Shown piece by piece: positions 44,730 to 57,403 of a DNA stretch of 64,000 nucleotides. Every line of letters starts with the position of its first letter. Position 1 is the first letter of the stretch. The translations under genes were made by a program, and so were the position numbers. The notes beneath the pieces are model-generated. The model made no database searches. It was not told where the DNA came from and worked only from the letters and a program-made list of their open reading frames with translations. This DNA comes from Setoptus koraiensis (taxonomy: Eukaryota; Animalia; Arthropoda), in contig CM106585.1 of NCBI GenBank assembly GCA_048013815.1, positions 18,910,001-18,974,000 on the forward strand, given 5' to 3'.

Positions 44730-47100
44730 AGTTCTTTTTTCTTTTTTCGTGTCTTTATTGGCGTTGGTGCTGGTAATAGTGATGTCTTGCTTATATCAAT
44801 ACTTTCATATGGTGGTGCGTGATGTTCATTTTTGTTGCTGCTGAGCGTGCTTGTTTCTGATGCTGACACATAATGTGGATTTAAGAGCAGAATTCATTGG
44901 TAGGTTAATTAGATTATCATCACTTTTGAATTAGTGGTCAAGAGCCATCATCTAGAAAGGACAAGACAGAAAGTTCAACACCTTTTTCATATGGCAGAGG
45001 CTCGAGCTCAAGATCAGCAGAAGATTTCTTGGTCTTCCTAGGAGTCTAGCCTAACTTCTGTTGCATCAACAAATGTTGGTGTTTCAGTTGAAAGCAAGTC
45101 AGCCTCAATTGGTCAGGGTGATATCAACTTTTTTATCAGATCATCGAAGACCTCTTGTTGCAGCTCTACATCAGCTACAAGAGACTCGAGTTCGACACTT
45201 TCAGATGGTTTTGGCTCGAGTTCAAGATCGACAGAAGATTTCTTGATATTCTCTTGTTTGAACTCTTCTTCGGCAATCCTGCAAGCTCTGGCCTGAATTC
45301 TGTTGCGTCAACATGTGTTGGCGTTTCAGTTAGATCTATCTCTGCATCAATTGTTTGCGTTTGTAAATAATCGAACTCACCAGACGTTATCTTCGATTTT
45401 GACTTTCTTTGTTTCTTTACATTTATTTCGACGTCGACATCCTCTTCAACCTTCTTCTCGTCAGGTAGCCCTAGAACTACGTCAGCTTTCAAATCGATTG
45501 GCTTGTCATTTTCATCTGTAACGGGCTTGGGCTTGAGCGAGAGGCGACAACATCCTGATCAACGAGGTTTCAACGAGGTAGTATAAGCTATTGATGGTGG
45601 TTTAATCGCCGCCACTATCTGAGATTCTTCAACTTCATGCAACAAACTGTCCCTCTCTAATATTGCAATTTCGACATTGGACAATTTGTTAGCGGTTGTA
45701 GTAATGACAGAGCTATCATTATCCGCATTGGTATTATTTCTGAATGTTAATTTTGTTGTTGATGACCTTGGTTGTTAGAGGCAGATTTGTTGATAGTAAT
45801 GTTGGTGCTTAAGAAAGAATGAACAACGACGACTCTCTTGCTATTTCTTTGTGATAACCCTTCTACACAGGTGGCTGCAATAGTTGCTGAGGATTTTGTA
45901 ACTTTTGCCGATGAGCAGTTTATTGATTCGAAACGATTAATATCACAATTACCGACATCTTTGCCAGTTGATTGACACCTAACTGACGAGTTCACTGTGA
46001 AGTTGGCGATCGGTGTATCCTGTGGGCATTGGCGACATGGGCGCTGAATTTGATGAGTCTAGATCAGATTAAACGAGCTGGTGAGCGCCGATCAGAAGGC
46101 CTCTTTTATCTACATTTGTAGACAGATAGGAGAATTGATTGTCATAATAATGCTAAATCAGGATGAGATCTATTTTTAGGATTCTTGCATGAATTGCTAC
46201 TGCCAGTATCTGTAATTGATGATGTTTTATGGTTGTGTTTTGTTTTTGAAATAAGTTGACTTAACAGAGTGGAATTCGACGTAGACAGAGATGAGTTTCT
46301 GCGCATGTTTGTAACGGCATTAGCGTGCCTACATAAAATAACGCCAGTCTGTTTGAGCATAAAATTGTCAACATTAATATCTAGGTCGCCATACAATCGA
46401 TAAAGCCATTCAGTCAGGTCCTCTTTTATGGCACATAATTGAACTTGAATGGCCTAGGCTCAATGGACGTGCTGTCTAGATGGCTATTACAACGGGATTC
46501 TGCGATGGAAGACGAGATACAGTAACTGGAGCTTTCATCTGATGAGCTTGAAGCGCCCAAGGAGAAGTAGTTTGAGTAGTGAGCAGTGTTTATCAACGAT
46601 GTTGCACGATGGTTTATGCTAATCAAGCCATTTAAGTTATAGTTGTTACATAGTTGAAGCAGACTGCATGGATTGCACCATATCTTGACCATTGATTTTA
46701 GTATCTAGTGTATATCTTTTGTAGTTCGCGAAATCTATCTCACGTTAAACTAGATCAACAGAACTAGTTGTCTTAGATTTGTTTCGAAGATTCCAAGTAT
46801 ATTTTTTGTTGCAAATTTAGCTTCGAACTCTACAAAACTTTCGGGCGACGACTTTTCTCACTATTGTTTCAATGCATCGTCCACGATATGATTATTGGCG
46901 ATACTTAAGAGCAGATCCGGAATTACCATCCTCTCTCATGGTGACGAATAAAGGTATCTCTGGCTTTAGATTAGATATATCTTAAATGTACGACAATGAA
47001 ATACTCGTTCTACGAAATGTCCGTTCTATGAACTATGCGTTGATGAAACGGCCGAATCCTAATCAGTGCTGTATTCTAAGAGACAATAAACGAATTCTTA
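44730..47100 (-). pseudogene. Coding-like but frameshift- and stop-interrupted tract (S/T/N/K/E-rich) between the two receptor copies
   Basis: A chain of minus-strand open segments (44567-44869, 45175-45492, 45747-45995, 46142-46396, 46426-46692) with receptor-tail-like composition that hand off between frames. No domain recognised. Confidence 0.35.
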
Positions 47101-47113
47101 CATTTCAGCAGAT

Positions 47114-50100
47114 TTATTGGCCACGATGAACACTACCACAACTATTTGCAGCCGACTTCAAGTTAGCTGTAGCCACATTTGTGCCTCCATTTGTGCTACT
47201 GCTACCACAATGGTGATGGCTACTAAGTGAGTTATCTTTTCTCAGCCTAAGTTTCTTGCTCACACTTGGGCCGCCATAAGGACACACAAACTCTACCCAA
47301 GAACAGAGCACCTTTCTGAATGCACGTCTAAAATCTCTACTCCAACAGGCGTAAATAACGGGATTCATTGCCGAATTTAGCCAGCCTAACCAAGTAACAA
47401 TAGACATTATTCCTTGAGGTTCGTAGATGCAATCAATGCCACACAAAGCGGTAATTATGTTAGCCACGAAGAATGGTAGCCAGCACACTATGAAGACACC
47501 CATAACTATACCCAATGTCTTGGCTGCCTTGCGTTCTTTCGCCATTTTTGACAGTTTCCTCCCAACTGTACGATGTTGCCTTTGCACAGCCGCTTCATTG
47601 ACAACTGTGACCATTGGATCAATTGTATTTGTCATACTAGCAGTTATACTCTCTCTCAATAAGCTATTGCCACTAATAGGCGTTGTATCTTTGTTTTGTT
47701 TTTTAAATTGTCTCTTTCTCTGGACTTTGTCACTGGTGACGGTGGGTGAATGAAATTCCGTAGTTGTTATTGAGGATTCTGTCACTGTTCTTAGTTGACT
47801 ATTTCGGTCATTATTACTACCAAACTCTACATCTGAGGTCTTGTTCTTCGTTTTTAGTTCTTTAAGATATTTTCTTTCTAATTGTATGACAGTGCGTTCA
47901 TTTTGTTTTCGTGTGCTATTGATTCTTTCTATAGGTCTATTGTTTTTAAAGGATGATTTACTAGCGTTCATAGAATGAGATTTTAAGATTTTTTTGCTAG
48001 CTTTCTCAAGTTTAAATTCTAGATCACAGTCTATAGCCGCGAATGACACGCAACTAGAATTGCTATCATTACCACCACTGCTATTTGTTCGCACAATTGA
48101 CCCAAAGGAGGAACCTAGTTGTTTTGGAGCATAATAGTTGGTTGCCATTCTATCGTAAAATTTATTGCTTTGGTGATGCTCCACTCTAATGTGACAAATG
48201 TTACACTTACAGCAACAGCAGCGGTTGCAAATGACCTTGGAGGACGAGATCGGCACCCCATCAGTTGTCGGTTTTTCTCGTTGATCGAATTGAGTATTTA
48301 TTTCAATAATCGTATCCGTCCCATGTAACCTATTTGGCGAGTTATAATAGCTTGGTCCTATCTTAGTAAACATGGGCTGCCCCGTTACAGCCGTTGTTGC
48401 TGTTTAATTTTTTTTTTTGCAGGATTAGATTTCATTGAGATGAAATCATTTAAAGCGTTACAATAGTTAGTATAGTCTCTAATATGAATCAGTTATTGAG
48501 GTGATTTTTATAGATGAGGTTAAGGTCTTACTTGTTTTATTTTTGGTAAGTCCATTAACCGGTTTAATGGGTTCTTTATTTGTGCTCCTTGAAGCTGTAT
48601 CACCTTCATCGTACTCATTTGGATGTTCTTCGTCATCATGGAGGTTTTTTCCATGTCGAATGGAGCCTATATGTGAACTAACAAGACTAGTGTCACTGCT
48701 CATCATCATTAATGGCAACAGTGAGGACGGTGGCTGAAGCATGAAGCCAGCCTCCTCATTGTGACTATCATTCTGAAGTTTCTTGTTTCTTGTTTTAGTA
48801 TCAATTTTCACCCAAGATCTTAGTTTAAGTGGTCGCTTTTTTGGTTTCAGATGAGCATCTTCTATCGATGTTGTTACTTTCAATACTTTTTCTACTGAGG
48901 ATAATGTTTGTGGGGGTGCTTTGCCGCGACACTTGAGGCAATCACTCTTATTGTATTTCCGCTTACCATGATTTGATCTTTCGAACTCGTCTACATTTTC
49001 TTTGCGATCAGTGATTTGCAAATTGTCTTGACTGACATTATTGAAATTAGATACGTCATCTTCATTTGTCGCAGAAACTGTATCTTTGATTTGCTGTTTC
49101 GATCTTGGAATTCCTTGCACATCCGTGTTAACTGCGTTAAGGCTTTCACAAGTGATATTCTTGCCTCCATAAGCAACGGTTTTGTCTTCGTAATCATTTC
49201 GCTTATGAGAACCTTCACTAGCACTTATGGAACGGCGTAACTTATTAGCTCTGGTCACTATATGACTGATCATCATTGAATAAAGATTTGGAACAGAGGC
49301 TTTTTTATTGTTTTTATCATCATAATCATCTTCACATGAATCTGTGCTGGAGTTGTGAGGTACGTCTTGTTGTTTGTCGATCGTTCCAATCGTAACAGCA
49401 GTACTGCAAATCTCTGGATGACCTTCTTGAAAGGTGGTTTCATTTCTCGTTGAAAGGCTCGGCGATAACACTGATAGTTTTCTTTTTTTGAAAGTCAATG
49501 AAGAAGAACGATAGGCTTGACACTGTTCAGATTTGCTCTTAAAAACAGCTAGTTTGCCTCTATTTGGAGTTCTTTTCTTATTGATGAAATCATCTTCTTG
49601 ACGCACTGGATAAGGACTGTAGCTGTGTTTAGATGGGCAGTTTTTAAGATTCAAATCTTCCGTATCATTTATACAATTGTCAGCTAAGTTGGCTTTATTT
49701 ATGTGGTCGCTTCTTGAGGTGATGGTTGAGCACGAAGGTATAGAGGTACGAGTTTGGGTAGTGATCGATTTCTTAAAGATGCAGTCATTAGTTGAGTCGT
49801 TGCTGAGATTCTCTAGCTCGTGATGAACCTTTAAATTTGGCTTTGAAGATTTAGTTCTTATCTCAGGCCCTTGGTGGGCCTGATGTTTTGGATTCCTCAC
49901 GGAATTGGTCCCAAAGGCTCTATTTAGGGAAGTCGAGACAGCAGTATGTCTGTAATCGTTGCTAGATAATAACAACTTTTGATCTTCATGGAGATGATCC
50001 ATGGGAGATTTCCCCGTCAAGCTATCACGCCTGTCCCCTGAGATTACACACACTATACTATGGCGCTTCCTTGGCGAAATGCTTGCAATCTCGTAGCTAT

Positions 50101-51985
50101 CTACACCTTTGGCCTGCCTATCTGCGACTCCCATTCTTCCGCAACATCTATTATCAACGCAACTGGGTTGTAGCTTGGCTTCTGTTTGTAATGATTGGCT
50201 CCTAACACTAGAAGGAGTTGATTTGTCTTCACAATTGTCGGAATCATCATTTATTCTATCAGAGGATGATTTCTGTGAGATATTGATGCTTTGGTTGGTG
50301 ACCAGGATCTGCCCTATCATCGATGAATTAACTAGGCACGACGATTTCGTATCTAGACTTGCATATCGTGTAGTATTGACCTCAGTTGCAGTGGCTACTG
50401 TCATTGGTTGTGGTCGGTTTAGCTGGTCTCGTTGTGTAGGAAGTATATCTTCTTTAGCTTCAATCAAACTACCGATGGCTTGACCCTCAAAAATAACCGG
50501 ACCGCCATGATTACTATTGGACGTACAATGATCACTGTGATGTTGGCAGGGTTTGCATGGCTCTATGTAATAGATGCCGCCGGAACTAGCATTAATTTCT
50601 CTAGAACTCTTACCATTAACATAAGCAAAATTGCGATAGTTCAGTGAATTAGCATTGTTGGAGGATAAATTGGGATTCTGTTTAATCCACTCACCATTGG
50701 CGCTCCTCGCATCACTATTCTCTACTAATAGATCAAATGTTGCAGATGGATTGACATTTAAACTTTTCTCGGGGCATTTTCTCAAAGGAGATCTATCAGG
50801 TCGATTGGCACTGTTGTTCAGAGTAGATTCGCGACTCGATTTATTAACTGATGCAGAAGATGTTGCTGTAGAAGCTGCACCACCCCTATGAGCGCGCAGC
50901 ACCAATAATTGTTGGTCCGAGCAAACTCCTTTCATTGCATTGCTTATATTTGATTTACGTCCATGAGGATGAGATCCGCTTGAACCGCCGTGTTGATTTA
51001 TAAAAACATGTTTGGTACCGTATTTCAGAAAACGCGTTTGTTTAACTGCAGCTCTGTAGATTCTATAATAAGCGTACAGCATAATAACCAACGGTCCATA
51101 GAATGAGATCACAGATGAAAATAACAAGTAGCTGGTATCGTTGGTAAACACACACCTATATTCAATATCACCGCCTTTGTCATGATTGTTGTTGATAGCA
51201 TTTGAATCTCGATGTGGGTTAGAAAGATTATGGCCCAAAAAATAGTCGTCACTTGTTGATGTAGCCACAACGTTTGCTTCAGTACTATTTTCAGCACTAA
51301 CTAGAAAATTATTCAAATCAAGATTAGGACTGTTGTTGTGAATATGTGGCTGTTGTAGTTGTTGTTGTTGCTGCTGCTGCTGTTGATTGAGAATTGTGTT
51401 GATTGATTGGCTTTTTATTAATGAGGCGTCGCTAATTTTAGTACTTGTGTTATTAGTATCATTAAAGCTTATCGTTAAGTCACTTGGTACATTAATTGGC
51501 ACTAGCGGAGATGGGCTCACTGATCGCCACCACAATATAGCTGGAAATGATATGAATGCCGAGCAAGCCCAAACGGACAATATAAGTAACGCCACTCTAT
51601 TTGGTGTCATTTTAGATGGATAACTAATGGGATCAGTGATGGCAAGATATCTATCTAGGCTAATGGCGCACAAATTTAATATGGAAGCTGTTGATGCTAA
51701 TACATCAAACGAGTGCCACAAATCGCACCAAATGGCACCAAAAGTCCAAGAGGACATTATCACCTCTGATATAATACTGAATGGCATAACTAAGGCTCCT
51801 ACTAGACAATCAGCGGCCGCTAACGAGGCTATAAGATAATTAGTGACTGAATGAAGTTGATTCTCGTGCCAGATAGCGCTGACAACAAGTAAATTGCCTA
51901 ATACAACAAATATGCTGATTATACAAGAGGCCAGAATTAGGATTGGCTGTATGACATAGGGCCACCACTTTGGATGTATGAGCAT
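47114..51985 (-). CDS. Dop1R2: Dop1R2-like dopamine receptor copy B, complete 7TM. Proposed exons 51,985-48,532 and 48,399-47,114 (about 1,579 aa).
   Basis: TM1-TM5 lie in ORF 48479-51985. KERKAAKTLGIVMGVFIVCWLPFF (TM6) and WLGWLNSAMNPVIYACWSRDFRRAF (TM7) lie in ORF 47114-48373. Both ORFs are in the same frame. A 132-bp GTAAGA...AAACAG intron (48,531-48,400) removes the intervening stops in phase. Confidence 0.9.
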
Positions 51986-52594
51986 GTTGTTCAGTTGTTG
52001 TTTGACGTTTGTTGTTGTTTGTTGTTTCTATGGTGTGGTTGTTGTCGTAATTGTTGTCATTAGCGATGTCGCTGTATCAACAATGTATCGCTTCTATTAA
52101 TACTTTTACATGGCCGCCAATGTGTGGCGTTCATTTTCGCCGCTGTTGAACCGAGTCATGTGTAAGTGTGTATGTTGTGTGTTAAATTTTTCAAATTTCT
52201 GCCTTGATGATTGATCTAATCAAGTTGTTGGCGCAATGCAATAAGCACGTCGGAGTGAAGAGAGAAAAGCGTTGCAATATCCATGTTTTTCGTTTTCCAT
52301 TCTGTTAGTAACAATAATATCGGTGATAATAGATGATAATAATAATGGTCCCGTTCGGTGTTGCTCGAAGGTGTCTATTTTTAAATATTTCATTCGCTGA
52401 TTCGCCAGCGACGACAACGACGGTCGCTAGACATGATTAATCCGCCGCTGCTGGCATGTCATCAATGATTAATGATTAGTGCAGCTATAATTGTGTAATT
52501 ATAATAATAAAATTGTATAATAATACTTGACTTTCGAGCGCAACCTGCTGCCAATTGTCTGTGTGTCGAACTGATCGCTGCCAATATCGCTGCT

Positions 52595-52686
52595 TCGAAT
52601 CGTGTCGAATTGTGTCGAGTTGCGTCGAATTGTGTCGAGTTGCGTCGAATTGTGCCGAGTTGCGTCGAATTGTGTCGAATTGTGTC
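52595..52686. repeat. Tandem array, about 9 x 10-bp TGYGTCGART
   Basis: tgtgtcgagt, tgcgtcgaat and tgtgtcgaat units, about 0.6 kb upstream of the receptor B start. Confidence 0.95.
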
Positions 52687-55338
52687 TTCCTGTTGTGCTG
52701 TGTCTTGTCGACGGCCACTGGCCACGCATGGTCTCGAACGGCGACAAAAAGTTCGACGCTCGCACTCACCGACCGGCGCGACGAATTCTATGCTTGCGGC
52801 AAGTACGTGTGAGCCCTCTACCAGCGGCCTGGCAACAGTGTGTTGGCTTTTGTGCGCGAATAATGGAGTTTTGATGCTGGCGATGCGAGACACAACTATA
52901 CAAGTTCATTACCACCATCTCGACCTATCTATATTTGTATACACTGTGTATGGTGTGTTGTCGCGTTGTTTGCAGCCAGTATCAGTACACTTGATACTGT
53001 GGTAAACTGTAGCATACACTATACACTATACTGAATGCGCCATGCTCATACGTGTGCGCTGTCGATAGGCTGCTGCTGCTCACACTTGCAGGCCCAAACA
53101 ACTTGTGCGCAATTATTCGATAGTTTGCTTTTTCTAAACTATTCCAATGCACTGTCGAGAGGCACCCCGGCGTCTAACAATAGTTCGCTTGCCACTTCTT
53201 TCCCCTCTCCCTCTCTTTGCACACACGAGATGCGTATGGATATTCACTCAATCATGATACTCACGTCCATATACGGATAATCGGTGTAGTGTGGCTGGTT
53301 ATCTCGTATTATTCATAAACTGTCTTTGCTGGTGCATAGTTTGTTGTAATACAAGCTTGTGTACGCGTTGCTCACGATATCTTTGTGCTGTTGATATTCT
53401 TTCAGTGTGCGTGTGTATCTTACGGTTGCCTAAGCCGAAATGATGATGATTCAGTTGATTCAAAAGTTGGCGAAAACAATCCACTGATAAATGCCGGTGA
53501 ATATGGATCCGGTCATGATGTTTGCTCAAAAGGCGTCTCTGCGCACGCCTCGCTGCTACCACCATGCGAGATAACACTTCATGGTTGCACGAACAAAAAG
53601 CGAATGTTCCCCCGATGCCGCCGCATTTGTGCCCCCTAATCTTCGCCCGCTAGTTTAGTAGAGCCGAGGCCTGACAAAACACATTAGACGGTGTGTGCGC
53701 AGATCGCGCGTTCCCTTCCCATAAACAACAACAACAACAAGCTTGTTCATGGTAACATTCGGAATGAATGCGATTCTTTCCAAACAAATTGAACCTGATG
53801 ATGCTGTCGCGCCCGCGAACATTATCTGTCCTCAACATTTCCGACCTCCGATGGTCAGATGACAAGAAACTAACAAAAATCCCAATCCATTCAATTGCTC
53901 ACCGAATGCTTACTTATTTGATACTTATATCTCTTATTTATTTGCATTTTTATTATTCATGTCCATAAATTTATCGCGCACATATGCATGCACACCAATC
54001 CGAGCGAATCATATAGTAACTTTTATATATTATCACTCGGGCTGTCTATTTCGGAATCCATTTATTTTTTCTGAAATTGGTCGCAGCACAACAGATTTCG
54101 GGCGCCGTATATTGTGAAAATAACGTGTGTTTGCAAAGGACTTCTAACAAAATAAAACGGGGAAAATAAATGACTACCAAAACGCTTGAAACGAGCAAAG
54201 AAATATAATAGAAATCGTGTCTGAAAATTATCTAAATGGGCTCGGTATTCACAGAGCCAATTTGGACGGCCATAATTATCACATGTATATATATGGTGGT
54301 TGGCGAGCCAGAGCTAGAGCGATAGGAGCCCATTGACGGCCTGGAGCTTAATTGTTAACACTAGACTCACACCAACTTGATCATGACCTCTCAACTGAAA
54401 CGGTTGGCCTCCCAACTGCAGCAACCACGCATGCGAACTCAAAATGATTTTGCTTAGTAAGTAACTGTTTGGAGATGGCCCTTTTTCTCTCTGACAATAA
54501 TGACCAGAGCCGCGATTATATGCATGACTATCAAGAGAGGGAGAAAGAGACAGGAGGGCTGGATAGCGCCAGTAACAGCAGGACGACAGTGATCATTTGA
54601 GCATAGATGGACTATTTTTATAGTAACGGTTCTTTTCCTATAGTGCACTGGAGAGTGAGATACCTGTCTAATATCATTGTTTTATTGATTTAAGTGCTCA
54701 TTCGGAGACAGGCTATCATCGTCAATCATTATCACAACAGCGTCGAGCAAATCAAATCAAACCAAGTCGAGTCAATCGATCAACTCCCCAACACAAGACC
54801 CCATGATCTGCGACACAAACGTCATAAACATCTAATAGGTGCAGCAACATAGAATTTGAGTCGCTATCCAACCACTCGAGCTTCTCTTGTACTCATTACA
54901 AACCATTGTCACTGGTGTTGCTGCCATCCATGGTGACCATTCAATCCATTCAATGCGTGTCTTTCTAGTTGACATGGACAAATAAAAACAAACCGTTTGC
55001 CGTTTCTAGGCCGGTTTTCTTGCCGGAAAACTAGTTCGAAAAACTGCTGAGAAACTAAACCTAAAGAACAGTCACGGCTTCCCTCTCCCCACTCACAAGC
55101 TGCTATCCCTTATAAAGAAGCAATCAACTGACGATGCTATTCTACTACTGCAAGTCCTAAACCGTCAAAGATTTGACTCACGAAAAGAACAGTAAACTGT
55201 GGGCGTAAGCTATTAACGCGCAACAATAAGTGAGGCAGTAAAGGATAAAAGAAACGCGCAATCTGAACGAGATGCCGTCATATTGCTGTAGCTCCTACAA
55301 TATCAACTACTACGACAGCCGCAAGCAATTTTGAGGAG

Positions 55339-55620
55339 AACGTGGTCGTCCCTGGACGTCGCATATTCACCATGTTCGCCCGTGCCATAGTTGACAATCA
55401 GGAGTTGATTGACGGATATGCGACTCGAACGAGCAACTATCAAGAGCACGATCTTGATAGCATTACTGGCCTGAGAATGGGCTTAACTTATAAAACGGAG
55501 ATTTTGTGCCAACTTTGTTGTTCATGTGTATTTTTGATGTCTATGAGCTATGTTGAAATCAATTCAATGGCGCTCTTAGCTTAAGTGGAGTGTCATGGTT
55601 GGTGGAACCTTACTACGTGT
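55339..55620 (+). pseudogene. Possible relic of a third serine protease paralogue (pro-region remnant)
   Basis: NVVVPGRR-x12-QELIDGYAT has the same spacing as protease 1 (AVVVDGKK-x12-QEMIDGYNT). A GGTLL occurs downstream in another frame. No catalytic motifs found. Confidence 0.3.
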
Positions 55621-56358
55621 ATCTATCTATCTCTTATTGCTCGCGGGTCCTCTCAGTTGAGGCTATTACGAGATCCTACCGCAGTATAAACTGATCAGTT
55701 TTAAATAAACTGTGAGCAAAATTGCATTGTCCGGCAGTGTCGCTCAGCAAGCGAGCGATTTACTAGACTCGGCACATTTGCAATGACTTTCGGGTCCCTC
55801 ACAATAAACATAACTATCGGCCATTGGACAATTCGAAACAGTGGCCGCACAACGAGAAAAGCCCACCATTACTGCCTCGCAACTACAAGTATTTCTCATT
55901 TTCTCGTTATCAGTACACTCCATCTATATGGCTGTGTCGTCAAAATGATGACTCAGTTATGAGCTTCAATGATCCAATTCGACGGTTCATTTACATTTGA
56001 ACTATTGGGCCTATGGTGCCTGCGTGCAAATGTCCGAGAATGTTTCCAATGTCCGGTTGGTTGGCCATCTGGGAAAAATCGAGAAGACGCATCGGGAATG
56101 AAGTCAGTCTAGAGGGATCCCATAACCAACGGCAATTGATGCTGGGCCCCTCATTGCATAAATAGAGTACAGTTGAGCACATTTTTCGCTAGAAATGACG
56201 TCTGATGACGATACTTAAAGAAACAGAACGATGTCACAAGTTTGGCGCGGCTTGCCAAGTCAACAAACTCACAGTCTCATTTATTCAGCGGACATTATCC
56301 ACACACGAGGCGAAAATGTTCATGTAGCGCATAAAGATAGCTTGGTGGCTCGGTTACA

Positions 56359-56388
56359 AGCTTCGTGACGATATCTCGTCACGAAGCT
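56359..56388. other. Perfect inverted repeat with 13-bp arms and a 4-nt loop
   Basis: AGCTTCGTGACGA-TATC-TCGTCACGAAGCT. Confidence 0.9.
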
Positions 56389-57403
56389 CGACCGTGGGGC
56401 CTTTTGCGAATATCACACGCACTTGCTCACGTAGCGTTTGCGTGCAAATATTTTTTTGTTACGGTTCCGATGGCAGGAGTAATACTAGTACTCATGTACT
56501 ATCAGAGCAATAACACATAGGGCAGTGCGACGTGTATTCATGTGTGGATATGAGCCAATCTATCATTGCCAATGATTCTTGCAGAGCTGGTGTTGAAACA
56601 CCAATGTGTCGTAAAGAATGTCGTCGAAAAACGCCAGAAAAGCAGTATTAATGAAACGCCAACAGTGGTGGATTGTCCGAAAGGTCGAGGGCTGATGGCG
56701 GCTCGGGCAGTCCAAGATTCGAGAGATCAGAATTGTTTCTGGCCTCCGCAATAATCACTGTTATTCCTAAAAAAATAATTATATCCTCGATGATCCGAGT
56801 AACCGATCTAGGCAAACGAGAGCGTAGAAAAGCTAAAAATGGCATGATTCAAAATATAAAATTTGATTCTGTTCCCGCCACCGAGATTTCAACAAATAAT
56901 AATAAACCTTAAATTATGAACCTGATATAATGTGCCTACAGTGTTATTGCGAGATGAATTTTCCCTTGAACTCTCAATTAAGTCTTCATTATTCACGATG
57001 GCTAGCTAACAAAATCTAAGGTGATGAGCCGAGTTGCGCTGGCTACAAAAGTGTCTGATTGGCTTCTGATCTGTGGCATATGAATAATATGATACTTACA
57101 CGGAACGAGAGTCTTTTCTATGTGGCAAGGTAAACTCAAGCTGCTTTTCGCCAATATTGAAGCCATCCAATGCTCAATTATTTCAAATCAGTTAATCAGT
57201 TGCCAATCAACAGAAGTTGCCACTCTGTGCTCTCATTGAGCCGCCTCTAAAAATATTGGCGCCACCGGCATTCATCGGTTTTGTAGATTTTTATAGATTA
57301 ATTATCAGTGCATTATAATAGATCATTAGTGTATATAACTATACCAGTTGCTTATTGCAGTTCGTTTATTGTTATCAATCGTCATTGGAGAGATTGATTT
57401 ATA

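Noticed and set aside
44354-51839. Duplicated plus-strand 70-aa ORF (44,354-44,566 and 51,627-51,839) and other antisense ORFs over the receptors and proteases
   Set aside because: They are shadows of the real genes on the opposite strand.
53035-56912. Short ORFs at 53.0-54.6 kb and 56.0-56.9 kb, including an acyltransferase-like LDSITGLR word near 55.46 kb
   Set aside because: No consistent exon chain or further family motifs; I cannot support a gene call.
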